From Fidelibacterota bacterium (GTDB lineage Bacteria; Fidelibacterota; Marinisomatia; SCGC-AAA003-L08; TS1B11), in NCBI GenBank assembly GCA_004124875.1, contig SCKJ01000003.1:156654-220653 (forward strand): a DNA stretch of 64,000 nucleotides, in the 5' to 3' direction. This document shows positions 20,919-30,292 of this stretch, piece by piece. The notes beneath the pieces are model-generated. The model had not been told where the DNA came from. It worked only from the letters and a program-made list of their open reading frames with translations, and did not search any database. How positions within the stretch are numbered: position 1 is the first letter of the stretch; every line of letters starts with the position of its first letter. The translations under genes were made by a program, and so were the position numbers.

Positions 20919-20975
20919 GCGGTGGCAGTGGCAGTCGGCAGAACTCGCAACTTGTAACCCGAAACTTGTAACCTG
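20868..20975. repeat. Simple-sequence repeat block: (GCAGTG)n followed by AACTTGTAACC-like repeats
   Basis: agcagtggcagtagcagtggcagtagcagtggcagtgacagtg...ggcagtggcagtcggcag, then aactcgcaacttgtaacccgaaacttgtaacctggaacc. Confidence 0.8.
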
Positions 20976-20991
20976 GAACCAGCTAAAGCGT

Positions 20992-21426
20992 CTCACCCGG
21001 CGCGTGCGTCACGATTTCCGTGCTTATTTCCGCCACGCCGTTGAGCGTATTGGCCACCGAGCAGTATTTATCCTGAGATAGCGACACGGCCCGCTCAAGT
21101 TTGGACATGGGCAAATCCACCCCCCAGAAGTGGAATGTGATTTTGATCTGCGTGAACATTCGCGGTGGTTCGGCGGCCCGCGTACCGGCCAGCCTGATCT
21201 ACATATCCTCCACCTGGACGCGCATCTTTTTCAGCATCAGATTGATGTCGATACCGCTGCAGGTGCCCAAGGCCATGAGGAGCAGCTCCATGGGGCCGGA
21301 AGCGGCCGAGTGGCCTTCCTCTGCTCTCCCCGTGTCAATATTGACCCAATGATTCGAAGGGCCTTTGCCAACAAAGGTGCCCCCCTGCAGCTGCCGCACT
21401 TCAACTTCAGTGACCGTGGCTCCCAA
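20992..21426 (-). pseudogene. OsmC/Ohr-family protein gene interrupted by an in-frame TAG (plus-strand 21199-21201)
   Basis: The N-terminal 75 aa (..GPMELLLMALGTCSGIDINLMLKKMRVQVEDM) are followed in the same frame by TAG. The frame then continues IRLAGTRAAEPPRMFTQIKITFHFWGVDLPMSKLERAVSLSQDKYCSVANTLNGVAEISTEIVTHAAG and stops at TGA (20992-20994). The C-terminal part carries the conserved OsmC Cys region. Confidence 0.6.
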
Positions 21427-21437
21427 TCTGCCGCCCC

Positions 21438-21692
21438 CTAACTTGCCTCCGGGTGGATGTGCAAAACTTTGAGCAGGCGCTCCTCGACGCCATGTGGCAG
21501 AACATCATCCCCGGAGCATGATTTCCGGTAGAGCTCGACGGTCTGCTCGACGCTGTTGTAATGGGCACGGCAATCGGGGCAACCGCTTAAGTGCGCCTCA
21601 ACCTCCGCGCAAAGTTCGGCGCCCAGGTCTTCACCGAGCTGCTCGCAGAAGGTAAGTTTATCTTCGCTGGTGTGCTGAATATGCCGGTTCAT
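21438..21692 (-). CDS. Anti-sigma factor, zinc-finger (ZAS/ChrR-like)
   Basis: HLSGCPDCRAHYNSVEQ resembles the HxxxCxxC zinc motif. The gene overlaps the 3' end of the ECF sigma gene. Confidence 0.6.
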   Translation of the reverse strand: MNRHIQHTSEDKLTFCEQLGEDLGAELCAEVEAHLSGCPDCRAHYNSVEQTVELYRKSCSGDDVLPHGVEERLLKVLHIHPEAS

Positions 21693-22273
21693 GGTGACCC
21701 CGGTGAAGTTTCAATCAAGTGGGCGAGCGAGTTTCGCAATGCAATTCTGGCGCGCATGAGTCTCACTTTCACGTTTGCCTCCGTAATCCCCAGCATGTCG
21801 GCCGTCTCCCTCGTGGACAGGTCTTCCAAGTCCCTCAGCAAAAACACGGCCCGCAATGTTTCCGGCAAGCTCTTCGCCGCCCGGTTGACAGCTTCACGGA
21901 CAAACTCAGGCGATTCACCGCCGAACGGATCATCGGTCTTCCATTCGCGCTGGAGGCCGCCGGTTAGATTGTCGAAATCGGCCGGCGAAATGTCCACGTC
22001 GGGTGAAGCCTTCAGCCGACGCAGCTTCTGCAGGGCAATGTTGGTCCCGATGCGGTGAATCCATGTGTAGATGTCACTGCGCCCTTCAAAGCTGTCCAGT
22101 TTCGACAGGACAGTCAGAAAGGTCTCCTGCAGCACATCTTCCGCGTCGGCCGGGTTTTGCGTCAGCCGCAGGGCCAGCCCGTAAATCCGTCCGGAGTATT
22201 GCTGCACCAGATCGGCAATATTATATGCAGTCGATTGTGGCAATATGCGTAGATCGTCACGCGTATGAAGCAA
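21689..22273 (-). CDS. RNA polymerase sigma-70 ECF-type sigma factor
   Basis: Region 2 (YGLALRLTQNPADAEDVLQETFL) and region 4 HTH (LPETLRAVFLLRDLEDLSTRETADMLGITEANVKVRLMRAR). Confidence 0.85.
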   Translation of the reverse strand: MLHTRDDLRILPQSTAYNIADLVQQYSGRIYGLALRLTQNPADAEDVLQETFLTVLSKLDSFEGRSDIYTWIHRIGTNIALQKLRRLKASPDVDISPADFDNLTGGLQREWKTDDPFGGESPEFVREAVNRAAKSLPETLRAVFLLRDLEDLSTRETADMLGITEANVKVRLMRARIALRNSLAHLIETSPGSP

Positions 22274-22300
22274 TGGAATATCCCACTGCCCGCCTGAAAT

Positions 22301-22636
22301 CTACGACTGGGCAACGACTCCGGACAGGTAGTAATCCAGTTTGTCGGTAATCGTCTGCTTGGGGACTGCGCCGACAATTTTGTCGACCAGCTGGCCATCC
22401 TTGAAAAAGAGCAGAGTGGGTATGCCGGTGATGCCATACTCGGACGGTTTCGAGTTCTCGTCGGCGTTGAGTTTGCCCACCTTGGCCCGTCCGGCGTATT
22501 CTTTGGCAATCTCCTCCACAATGGGGCCGACCACCAGACAGGGACCACACCAGGGAGCCCACACATCAACCAGCGCTATACCCTCGGCATTGCCTATTTC
22601 ATCATTCCACGTCTGATCCGTCAATTTTATCGGCAT
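22301..22636 (-). CDS. trxA: Thioredoxin
   Basis: WAPWCGPC active site; 111 aa. Confidence 0.9.
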   Translation of the reverse strand: MPIKLTDQTWNDEIGNAEGIALVDVWAPWCGPCLVVGPIVEEIAKEYAGRAKVGKLNADENSKPSEYGITGIPTLLFFKDGQLVDKIVGAVPKQTITDKLDYYLSGVVAQS

Positions 22637-22841
22637 GTTTTTAATCCTTATCTTTCCTTGGTCATACAGTTATTACGTTGCCTACATTGGCGTTGCCGAC
22701 TGTTTGATGCGGGGGCACTTCGAATGGTTACACAATAATTGGGTGACATCTTGTGCCCCCGGCGGGGTACAGGTAAATTTCCGGGCCGGTAATGACACGG
22801 CCAACAGGAATCCAATTGTTACCGATTAAGCAGGAGCACCG

Positions 22842-25250
22842 ATGAAAAAGATCGCGCTGTGGCTGGGACTCTTTCTGATCATTATGGCGGGCCTGATATG
22901 GATCAGACCACAGCTGCTGCTGGGAACTCAAATGGCGGTGAGATCGGGCAGCATCACTTTGCCCGGCCTGGAAGCGGAAGTCACCATCCGCTACAATGAG
23001 TATGCGGTCCCTTCCATTTCCGCCGGAAATGAACACGACCTGTTTTACGCGGCCGGCTACATCATGGCCTCCGAGCGGCTGTTTCAGATGGATTTGGTGA
23101 ATCGCGCAACGCAGGGACGCCTTGCCGAAATGACCGCTGACCTCATCGACAACGACCGCTATCTGCGCACCTGGGGATTCCTGCGGCTGGGCGAGGCCAT
23201 GGTGCGGACCATGGATGCCGGCACACTGGAGCTCCTGCAGTGGTCTTGCGACGGCATCAACGCCTACATCGAGGAGCACGCCGGCGATCTGCCCGTCGAG
23301 TTCAAGGTGGCCGGGCACCAACCGCTGCCCTGGACCCCCGCCGTGGTGGCCGCCTATGCCCGGCTGATGGCCCATGAGTTCATGTCGGCCTATAACGCGG
23401 AGCTGGTGCGCAGCCTGGTCCTGGACAAACTGGGACCGGAGCTGGCCGATGACCTCCTGTTAGGGGGCTCCGGGGGCAATTCCTCCACGGTGGAAGGGGA
23501 GGCCCTTGACGCCGTGGGACACTTTCTCGCCCTGGGGCAGGAAGCACTTGAGCCTATCGCCGGGTCCCCGGGCCTGGGCGGCAGCAACAACTGGGTGCTT
23601 GCAGGCAGCCGCAGCGCGTCAGGCTATCCGTTGCTGGCCAACGACACCCACATGGGCTATACGCAGCCGGCAAAATTCATGGAGATGCATCTGCAGGGCG
23701 GCCGCTTCAACGTCCGTGGCGTCTATCTGGCCGGTATTCCCATCGCCGTGATGGGCAATAACGCGGATATCGCCTGGGGCATGACCGTCATCACCGTGGA
23801 CGACATTGACTTTTTTGTGGAGCAGGTCAATCCGGAGAACTCCGGAGAGTATCGCTACAAAGGAGCATGGCTCCCGTTCGACACCCGGCAGGAGGTCATT
23901 GCCGTGCGCGGGGGCGAGAGTGTCACCTTGACGGTGAGGCAGACAGTCCACGGCGTCATCATCAACGATCTGCACCCGCTGCTGAAGGGGAGCGCCAGCC
24001 CGGTGGCCATGCGCTGGACGGGTCAGGACAATGTCGATGTCGCTGACGCCATGATCAGGATCAACCTGGCCCATGATTGGCAGTCGTTCAGCGAGGGCAT
24101 TCGGCGTTTCAACGCGCCGGGGCAGAACTTTGTCTATGCGGACAGGCAGGGCAACATCGGCTGGCGGCCAGCTGCCCATGTGCCCATTCGCAAGGATGCC
24201 GACGATCTCCTGCTGCGACCCGGCGCCTCCGGGGAATACGACTGGCAGGGCTACGTTCCCTTCGAGGAGATGCCCTACCTCTACAATCCGCCGGAGGGCT
24301 ACATCGCCACGGCCAACCACAACATGTTGACCGATGATTACCCCTACTATATCAGCCGCTACTGGCAGGGGCCGTACCGTATCAACCGCATCAGGCAGCT
24401 GCTGGAGTCCACCGGCAAGCATTCGCTGGAGTCGATGGCGGCCATGCAGCATGACATCCGCTCCGATTATGCTGAGCAGCTGACTCCGTACCTGTTGGCG
24501 GCGTTCGACTATTCCGATCCTGCCAGTGCGCAGCAGGCGGAAGCGGTGGAGATATTGCGGCAGTGGGACTATGTGATGGCTTCCGGCGATATTGCGCCGA
24601 CCCTGTTCAGCGCGTGGCTCCTGGCGCTCATCGATGGCCTCTACGCAGATGAAATGGAGATCGTCGGGAGCGGCCTGCAGCACGGCTATCTCAAGTCGCC
24701 CAGCATGGTCCGCCAAAATGTGCTGCGCCTCCTGCACAACGGTAAATCGCCCTGGTTCGATAACACCGTCACCTCTGAAATTGAGGACCGGGACACTATT
24801 GTGCGGCAGGCCCTGGCGGTGGCGGTCAGCGATTTGACCACGCGATTGGGTCGTGACATTTCAAAATGGCAATGGGCCAGGTTGCACTCCGTCTCCTATT
24901 CGCACGCGCTCAGCGCGGACAAAAAGTACGGCGACTTTCTCAAACGGTGGCTCAACCTGGATATAGGTCCCTTTGGCATTTCGGGTTCGCCCACAACGGC
25001 GAATGCCCAGGCCTACAAGCTGTACAACCCGTTTGAGGTGACCAACGGTCCGAGCTACCGTGCGCTGTTTGATCTCGGGGACCTGGACCGCGGCAAAATC
25101 ATCCTTCCGACGGGCCAGAGCGGCAACCCCATGGACCGGCACTATCGCGATCAGGTGGCGCTTTACAACAGCGGCAGTTACCGGGCTGTGGCCTTCTCCA
25201 AAGAGGCGATTGCCGCAGCGACAGTCAGTACCTTGGTGCTGAAGCCGTAG
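22842..25250 (+). CDS. Penicillin acylase family protein (S45 Ntn-hydrolase; acyl-homoserine-lactone acylase-like)
   Basis: 802 aa with an N-terminal signal/TM segment. The beta-subunit nucleophile motif GGSNNWVLAG (SNxW) is typical of S45 penicillin amidases. Confidence 0.8.
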   Translation: MKKIALWLGLFLIIMAGLIWIRPQLLLGTQMAVRSGSITLPGLEAEVTIRYNEYAVPSISAGNEHDLFYAAGYIMASERLFQMDLVNRATQGRLAEMTADLIDNDRYLRTWGFLRLGEAMVRTMDAGTLELLQWSCDGINAYIEEHAGDLPVEFKVAGHQPLPWTPAVVAAYARLMAHEFMSAYNAELVRSLVLDKLGPELADDLLLGGSGGNSSTVEGEALDAVGHFLALGQEALEPIAGSPGLGGSNNWVLAGSRSASGYPLLANDTHMGYTQPAKFMEMHLQGGRFNVRGVYLAGIPIAVMGNNADIAWGMTVITVDDIDFFVEQVNPENSGEYRYKGAWLPFDTRQEVIAVRGGESVTLTVRQTVHGVIINDLHPLLKGSASPVAMRWTGQDNVDVADAMIRINLAHDWQSFSEGIRRFNAPGQNFVYADRQGNIGWRPAAHVPIRKDADDLLLRPGASGEYDWQGYVPFEEMPYLYNPPEGYIATANHNMLTDDYPYYISRYWQGPYRINRIRQLLESTGKHSLESMAAMQHDIRSDYAEQLTPYLLAAFDYSDPASAQQAEAVEILRQWDYVMASGDIAPTLFSAWLLALIDGLYADEMEIVGSGLQHGYLKSPSMVRQNVLRLLHNGKSPWFDNTVTSEIEDRDTIVRQALAVAVSDLTTRLGRDISKWQWARLHSVSYSHALSADKKYGDFLKRWLNLDIGPFGISGSPTTANAQAYKLYNPFEVTNGPSYRALFDLGDLDRGKIILPTGQSGNPMDRHYRDQVALYNSGSYRAVAFSKEAIAAATVSTLVLKP

Positions 25251-25257
25251 CTCAGGG

Positions 25258-26085
25258 GTGCTGGCCGGCTTCTTGTGGGTCGTGGGGATCGGCGCCGCCG
25301 CGCTTTTTATCAAGCGCTGGTGGTTTTGGCAGGTGACGCCCATGGCCGCCTACCCGGACGCCAGCTTGATCTGCTGGGGGCACCGTGGATCGCCCATGGC
25401 CGCTCCCGAGAACAGCATGCCTTCCTTTCAGGCGGCCATTGCCGCGGGCGCCGACGGCATAGAGCTCGACGTCATGCTTTCTGCCGATGGAGTAGTGGTG
25501 GTGCGCCACGACTTCGATCTGGAGCGAACCACCGATGGCGCCGGTTGGGTGGACGAAACGACATTCGAGGATTTGTCCAGGCTAAATGTGGCCCACTATT
25601 GGACCGGCCTCAAACCTCACAGGGTGCTGCGGCTCGAGGACGTTCTGGAAATGTTGCCGGAACGAATGCTCATTAACATCGAGCTGAAACCGAACCGGTG
25701 GCTCTCAACGGGCGTGGAAGATAAAGTAGTGGCGGCAGTCCGGCAGTTTGGCTTGGTCGGCAGGACCGTCATCTCCAGTTTCAATCCGTACTGGCTGCTG
25801 CGTGCGCGCCGGCTGGAAAAAGGGCTGTCCATCGGTTATATCTGGTGGGACGTGGATGTGCCCTGGTACCTGGGCCGGCCCACATTTATGAATCTGTTGC
25901 GACCGGAATTCGTGCACCCCAGATACGACCTGGTCTCGCCGGAATTGATTGACCGGGCTCACCGCCATGGCACAAAAGTAAATGTCTGGACCGTCAACAA
26001 CCGGCCCATGATCAAGCACCTCAAGTCGATGGGGGTCGATGGGATATTTACCGATTTTCCCGAACTGATTCAAACCGTGGAGTGA
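25258..26085 (+). CDS. Glycerophosphodiester phosphodiesterase (GDPD) with N-terminal membrane anchor
   Basis: HRGSPMAAPENSMPSFQAAIAAGADGIELDVMLSADGVVVVRHD is a GDPD catalytic motif (H-R...E-x-D). Confidence 0.8.
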   Translation: MLAGFLWVVGIGAAALFIKRWWFWQVTPMAAYPDASLICWGHRGSPMAAPENSMPSFQAAIAAGADGIELDVMLSADGVVVVRHDFDLERTTDGAGWVDETTFEDLSRLNVAHYWTGLKPHRVLRLEDVLEMLPERMLINIELKPNRWLSTGVEDKVVAAVRQFGLVGRTVISSFNPYWLLRARRLEKGLSIGYIWWDVDVPWYLGRPTFMNLLRPEFVHPRYDLVSPELIDRAHRHGTKVNVWTVNNRPMIKHLKSMGVDGIFTDFPELIQTVE

Positions 26086-26089
26086 CAGC

Positions 26090-27952
26090 ATGCAAGCCAT
26101 GACCGCGCGGACACTCATCTTGCTGTCTATCATTTTCCTGGGAGACTGCGTCTCCAAGCAACCCCCCGCCAAGGTGGCGCCGGCGACGCCGGAGCGGTCA
26201 TTGATCTCGCTCATGTCCGCAGGGCCGCTTTCGGCCAGCGCCATCCTGAACCATGCCTATTTCCTGGCCGATGATTCACTCTATGGGCGGGAGGCCGGTT
26301 CTCCCCACGAACTCGCCGCTGCCGCATATATCCGGGACCAGTTTATCGAGGCGGGGTTGGCGCCGGCCGTTGAGGGCTACCTGCAGCCGTTCCAATTTGT
26401 GGCGACTGTGGAGTTGGGCCCCTCCAACCGGTTGTCGTGGAGTGCCCAAAACGAAGTGAATCTTGCCGTTGGGCAGGAGTACAGGCCGTTGGGATTTTCC
26501 TCCAGCGGCAGAGCCCGGGGAGCGCTGGTATTCGCCGGTTACGGCATTTCGGTTGAGGATCCCGCCTATGATGACTACGCCGGCATTGAGGTCGAGGGGA
26601 AAATAGTGATGGTGATGCGATTCAGTCCCGACGGCACCAATCCCCACGGTTCGTTTGGCGGCCACGCGGCACTGCGCAAAAAAGCGCTCACCGCCAGGGA
26701 AAAAGGGGCCGCCGCGCTGTTGGTGGTCAGCGGTCCCGAGGAGGATGAAGCCGGCTATCTGATGCCTCTACGGTACGACCGCGCCGGTGACGCCGGAATC
26801 CTCGTGGCGCATGTCACTCGTCAGGCGGCGGACCGCATGCTGGCGGCTGTCGATCTCACGGTGGCGCGGCTGCAGAAGGAGATCAACGCCTCGCGGCTGC
26901 CGCTCTCCACGCCGGTAACGGGTGTCTCTGTCGACTTGACCGTTGAGGTCATTCCGGTGGATGCCACCAGCCGCAACGTGCTGGGCAGCCTGCCTGGCAG
27001 CGGGTCGTTGAAGGATGAGTGGATCGTCCTGGGCGCCCACTACGACCACCTCGGCTATGGTGGCGCAGGTTCAGGCTCCCTGGCGCCGGATGAAATGGCG
27101 ATTCATAACGGGGCCGATGATAACGCCTCGGGCGTCTCGGTCCTCATCGCTCTGGCGCATCATTTCGTACAGGCAGCCAGGGACACCACCGCGATAGCGC
27201 CAGACCGGCGCTCCATCATGTTCCAGGCCTATGGGGCGGAGGAGCGCGGCCTGCTCGGCTCGGCTTATGTCACCAGGAACTCTCCCGTCCCTATGGCCCA
27301 AGTGGTGGCCATGCTGAATATGGACATGATCGGCCGCCTTTCAAGCGGGAAGCTCATCATCGGTGGCGCAGGGACGTCGCCACTCTGGAAGCAGCTGGTG
27401 CCGGACATGAATACAATGGACCTGCCGATTACCTTTGACGATAAAGGCATTGGCGGCAGCGACCACCAATCCTACTACCTGATGGACAAGCCGGTGCTGT
27501 ATTTCTTTACCGGGCAGCACAAGCAGTACCACCGGCCGACGGATGACGCCGCACTGCTCGATGGGGAGGGCCTGGCGAGCATCGGCAACCTGGTGGCCGG
27601 CATCACCGCTGCTCTGGCGACGCGCAGGGATCGGCCCCGCTTTAAAAAACCGGCCGTCGGCAGCCAGCCGTTCCGGGGCGGTTTCGCCGTGGTGGCGGGG
27701 ACCATTACCGATTACAGCTGGGAGGGCGCCGGACTGCGGCTCGCCGGCACGCGCCCGGGGAGCCCCGCCGACAAAGGGGGACTCATGGCCGGGGATATCA
27801 TCATCGGTTTCGGCGCTACCCAGGTGAAAAGCATCTATGACTACATGTACGCTCTACAGGAGGCCAAGGCGGGGAAAACCATCAAAGTGACGGTCCTGCG
27901 CGCAGGGGCAGAGCTGGTGCTGGAAGTGACGCCTGAGCGGGGAAGGGATTGA
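26090..27952 (+). CDS. M28 family peptidase with PA domain and C-terminal PDZ domain
   Basis: Signal peptide; M28 zinc-ligand region (HYDHLGYG, NGADDNASG, MLNMDMIGR); C-terminal PDZ-like segment (GLRLAGTRPGSPADKGGLMAGDIIIGFGA). Confidence 0.75.
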   Translation: MQAMTARTLILLSIIFLGDCVSKQPPAKVAPATPERSLISLMSAGPLSASAILNHAYFLADDSLYGREAGSPHELAAAAYIRDQFIEAGLAPAVEGYLQPFQFVATVELGPSNRLSWSAQNEVNLAVGQEYRPLGFSSSGRARGALVFAGYGISVEDPAYDDYAGIEVEGKIVMVMRFSPDGTNPHGSFGGHAALRKKALTAREKGAAALLVVSGPEEDEAGYLMPLRYDRAGDAGILVAHVTRQAADRMLAAVDLTVARLQKEINASRLPLSTPVTGVSVDLTVEVIPVDATSRNVLGSLPGSGSLKDEWIVLGAHYDHLGYGGAGSGSLAPDEMAIHNGADDNASGVSVLIALAHHFVQAARDTTAIAPDRRSIMFQAYGAEERGLLGSAYVTRNSPVPMAQVVAMLNMDMIGRLSSGKLIIGGAGTSPLWKQLVPDMNTMDLPITFDDKGIGGSDHQSYYLMDKPVLYFFTGQHKQYHRPTDDAALLDGEGLASIGNLVAGITAALATRRDRPRFKKPAVGSQPFRGGFAVVAGTITDYSWEGAGLRLAGTRPGSPADKGGLMAGDIIIGFGATQVKSIYDYMYALQEAKAGKTIKVTVLRAGAELVLEVTPERGRD

Positions 27953-27954
27953 AG

Positions 27955-28090
27955 AAGCAGCAGTGGCAGTGGCAGGGGGCAGGGTGTGGAAGGAAGAAGG
28001 ATGAAGGAGCATATTGGATATTGGATGTCGGATGCTGGATGACTGCCGCCTGCTACTGATTACTGAACACTGATTACTGATAACTGACAA
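27955..28090. repeat. Intergenic simple-sequence repeat block (CAGTGGCAG; GGATRTYGGATG; (CTGATTACTGA)3)
   Basis: agcagcagtggcagtggcaggggg...ggatattggatgtcggatgctggatgactgcc...ctgattactgaacactgattactgataactgacaact. Confidence 0.75.
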
Positions 28091-28111
28091 CTTCACCCCG
28101 TGCCCTGACTC

Positions 28112-28393
28112 CTACAGCCTCTCTGTCTTCACCTCCAGTAAAATCCAGTCACTGCCGGTCTCCAGGCGATGAATGATTTTGGAGACGCGCTTTTCCACCA
28201 CATCGTTCTCTGCCGCCACCGTGACGAACGCCAGTTCGGCCCGGTTCCACACCTCCTGCTGTCCCACTTCGGCCACGGAGACGTTCATGCGCGCCACGGT
28301 GCTCTCCTTGAGCGACTTCACGACCCGCCGCTTCTCTTTCAGGCTGTGGGCAGCGGGGATATCAATGTGGGCACGCAGGAGGACGATGTGCAT
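28112..28393 (-). CDS. DUF503 (YlxP-like) small protein
   Basis: 93 aa. Motifs SLKEKRRVVKSLKE and NVSVAEVGQQEVWNRAELAFV match the DUF503 family pattern. Confidence 0.6.
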   Translation of the reverse strand: MHIVLLRAHIDIPAAHSLKEKRRVVKSLKESTVARMNVSVAEVGQQEVWNRAELAFVTVAAENDVVEKRVSKIIHRLETGSDWILLEVKTERL

Positions 28394-28453
28394 TATACTT
28401 AACCCTGAACGGTCAAAAGATATTAATATGAATATTGTTCAGTAGCATCCAAT

Positions 28454-29098
28454 CTATGAAGCAATATCGCTGGCTATTAGAAACATCTGTAATATGTAAT
28501 GTTCATAGAATGAAATAGGTGGTGACGATCTTGGCATTGTCGTATTCAGAAAACCACCAATCCCGAGACGGGGAGGATATGTCAATAATTCATCCCTTAC
28601 GACAGATTTGAACTTATCATGCGAAGTTTCTGACCAGTGTGCTATAGCATTTCTGATTTGTCCCAATCTCGTTAAAATAGTTATACTAGTCTTTATAGGA
28701 TCTTTGAATGGAGACCCATTTTTGAAACATCTATCAGCCATATTGATAACAAAATCAGGATTTCCCCAGGATGCAAAATCTCGAGATAATGGTACTACAT
28801 ATTTAGTCGCGGCTAACCTTGTCGGTGGAAATACATACCGAACCGGTGTTTGTCCGTTTATCGATGGTTTTCCTAACAAATAGAGCAGGAACGAGTCTTG
28901 CAGAAATTTTTCATATGCTAGAAAGGATCTGAGGAACGCCAACTCAGTCACCACGTGCCTATGGTGATTCGTAAATCTTGGGATTTTAGAACCAAAATTG
29001 TAGTTTACCCAAGCGTTCGAATTAACAATTAGTCTTTCAGACTCTTTTAAATTGAAATTATAAGAGGCAAGAGCACCATTGAGATCAGTAATTGCCAT
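28454..29098 (-). CDS. HEPN-motif protein (Abi-like), putative RNase effector of the island
   Basis: 214 aa in an AT-rich context. The C-terminal region has an Rx4H HEPN-type motif (LGQIRNAIAHWSETSH). It is co-directional with, and 8 nt downstream of, the DUF262 gene. Confidence 0.45.
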   Translation of the reverse strand: MAITDLNGALASYNFNLKESERLIVNSNAWVNYNFGSKIPRFTNHHRHVVTELAFLRSFLAYEKFLQDSFLLYLLGKPSINGQTPVRYVFPPTRLAATKYVVPLSRDFASWGNPDFVINMADRCFKNGSPFKDPIKTSITILTRLGQIRNAIAHWSETSHDKFKSVVRDELLTYPPRLGIGGFLNTTMPRSSPPISFYEHYILQMFLIASDIAS

Positions 29099-29106
29099 TC
29101 GATGAG

Positions 29107-30255
29107 CTAGGGGATTGCCTCTACTATTAACTTTGAGATATATTTCGTCATGACGGTTCTAGGCCCTGAGTTGACCCAATGTACCCGGCTAGCTGAGTAA
29201 AATTCCTGTTCTGAGGCAGAGAGTTGATCAATTAAGGCAGTCTTTTTTTCTAGCATTTGTAGATCAGTCAGAGCCTCCAGATTATCTCCGATGGCCTCTA
29301 TTTTCTCATATATCTCATATATATAATTGATAGATTCGAGAGCAACCTGAACTTTAGCATGGTCTTTTTTCTTAATGCGTTTCCTATCTTCGTTAAATTC
29401 TTGTAACCCGTATTCCATGTGGTATAAAGCACAAAATAACGGGTAAAAAATCACACGACTGCTAAATTTTGATGATGCGAAGGTTGAGCCAAGTATAGTA
29501 CCAATTTTATCCAATATTGAATAAAAATGTTTCAGCAATTTGTCTTCGTTTGGTACATCCGCATCATATAATCTATAAAACTTGTTTATTAACAATTTCT
29601 GTTTCGATTTAATGCCCTCCACCATTGCGATTAGTAATTCGGATACAAACTCCGCTTCTTGCATCCGCATAATATGTGTTTCTGTGAACATCCCTGTTTC
29701 AATCCAAAACGTATAATATTCCTGGGATATCTCATATACGAGGGACCTAAACGAACCAAAAAAGTTCGCATGACGAAGCTCTTGAGCATTAAGGGTAGTC
29801 CCATAGCTATTGAGCCTAGTAAATATATCAATTACTTCTTTATCGGACATCATTTGGAGCAGGTCCACCACAAACTCATAGTTGTAAAACGAGATCTGGG
29901 TGTCGTCATCAAGGTCCGAAAAATGCATATTCGCATATTCCTTATTGTGGGCCTTGATAATTTTGAAACCATCATTTAGAAAAAGAAACACAGTACTTAA
30001 TCGTTGTTGACCATCCACTATCTCTCTGGCCGTGCGTTTAGATTTTATGTTAATGTCCTGTCTCATATATAGTTTCGGGATAGGCTTCCCTCTGAGGATT
30101 GAATCAATCAGGAATGATCTAGCCTTATCGCTCCAAACTAATCGCCGTTGAAACTTGGGCTGGAGAGTAATCTCGCTCTTATTATTCCATTCTTCAAAAT
30201 CTCTAATACTTATAAGTCGGGTAGCGAATAATTGTGCCATTTTACTGTCAATCAC
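29107..30255 (-). CDS. DUF262 (ParB-like/GmrSD N-terminal domain) protein
   Basis: N-terminal LQPKFQRRLVWSDKARSFLIDSILRGKPIPKLY and the hallmark EIVDGQQRLSTVFLF (DGQQR motif). No HNH/DUF1524 motifs were recognized in the C-terminal half. Confidence 0.8.
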   Translation of the reverse strand: MIDSKMAQLFATRLISIRDFEEWNNKSEITLQPKFQRRLVWSDKARSFLIDSILRGKPIPKLYMRQDINIKSKRTAREIVDGQQRLSTVFLFLNDGFKIIKAHNKEYANMHFSDLDDDTQISFYNYEFVVDLLQMMSDKEVIDIFTRLNSYGTTLNAQELRHANFFGSFRSLVYEISQEYYTFWIETGMFTETHIMRMQEAEFVSELLIAMVEGIKSKQKLLINKFYRLYDADVPNEDKLLKHFYSILDKIGTILGSTFASSKFSSRVIFYPLFCALYHMEYGLQEFNEDRKRIKKKDHAKVQVALESINYIYEIYEKIEAIGDNLEALTDLQMLEKKTALIDQLSASEQEFYSASRVHWVNSGPRTVMTKYISKLIVEAIP

Positions 30256-30292
30256 TTACTTTATTTGCAGAGGCGGAAATATACTGGTTTGA

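Noticed and set aside
1819-22636. Additional selenoproteins (Sec in the Fe-S oxidoreductase, thioredoxin, KorAB)
   Set aside because: Each candidate active-site position is occupied by a Cys codon, with no in-frame TGA. Only selD shows UGA recoding in this window.
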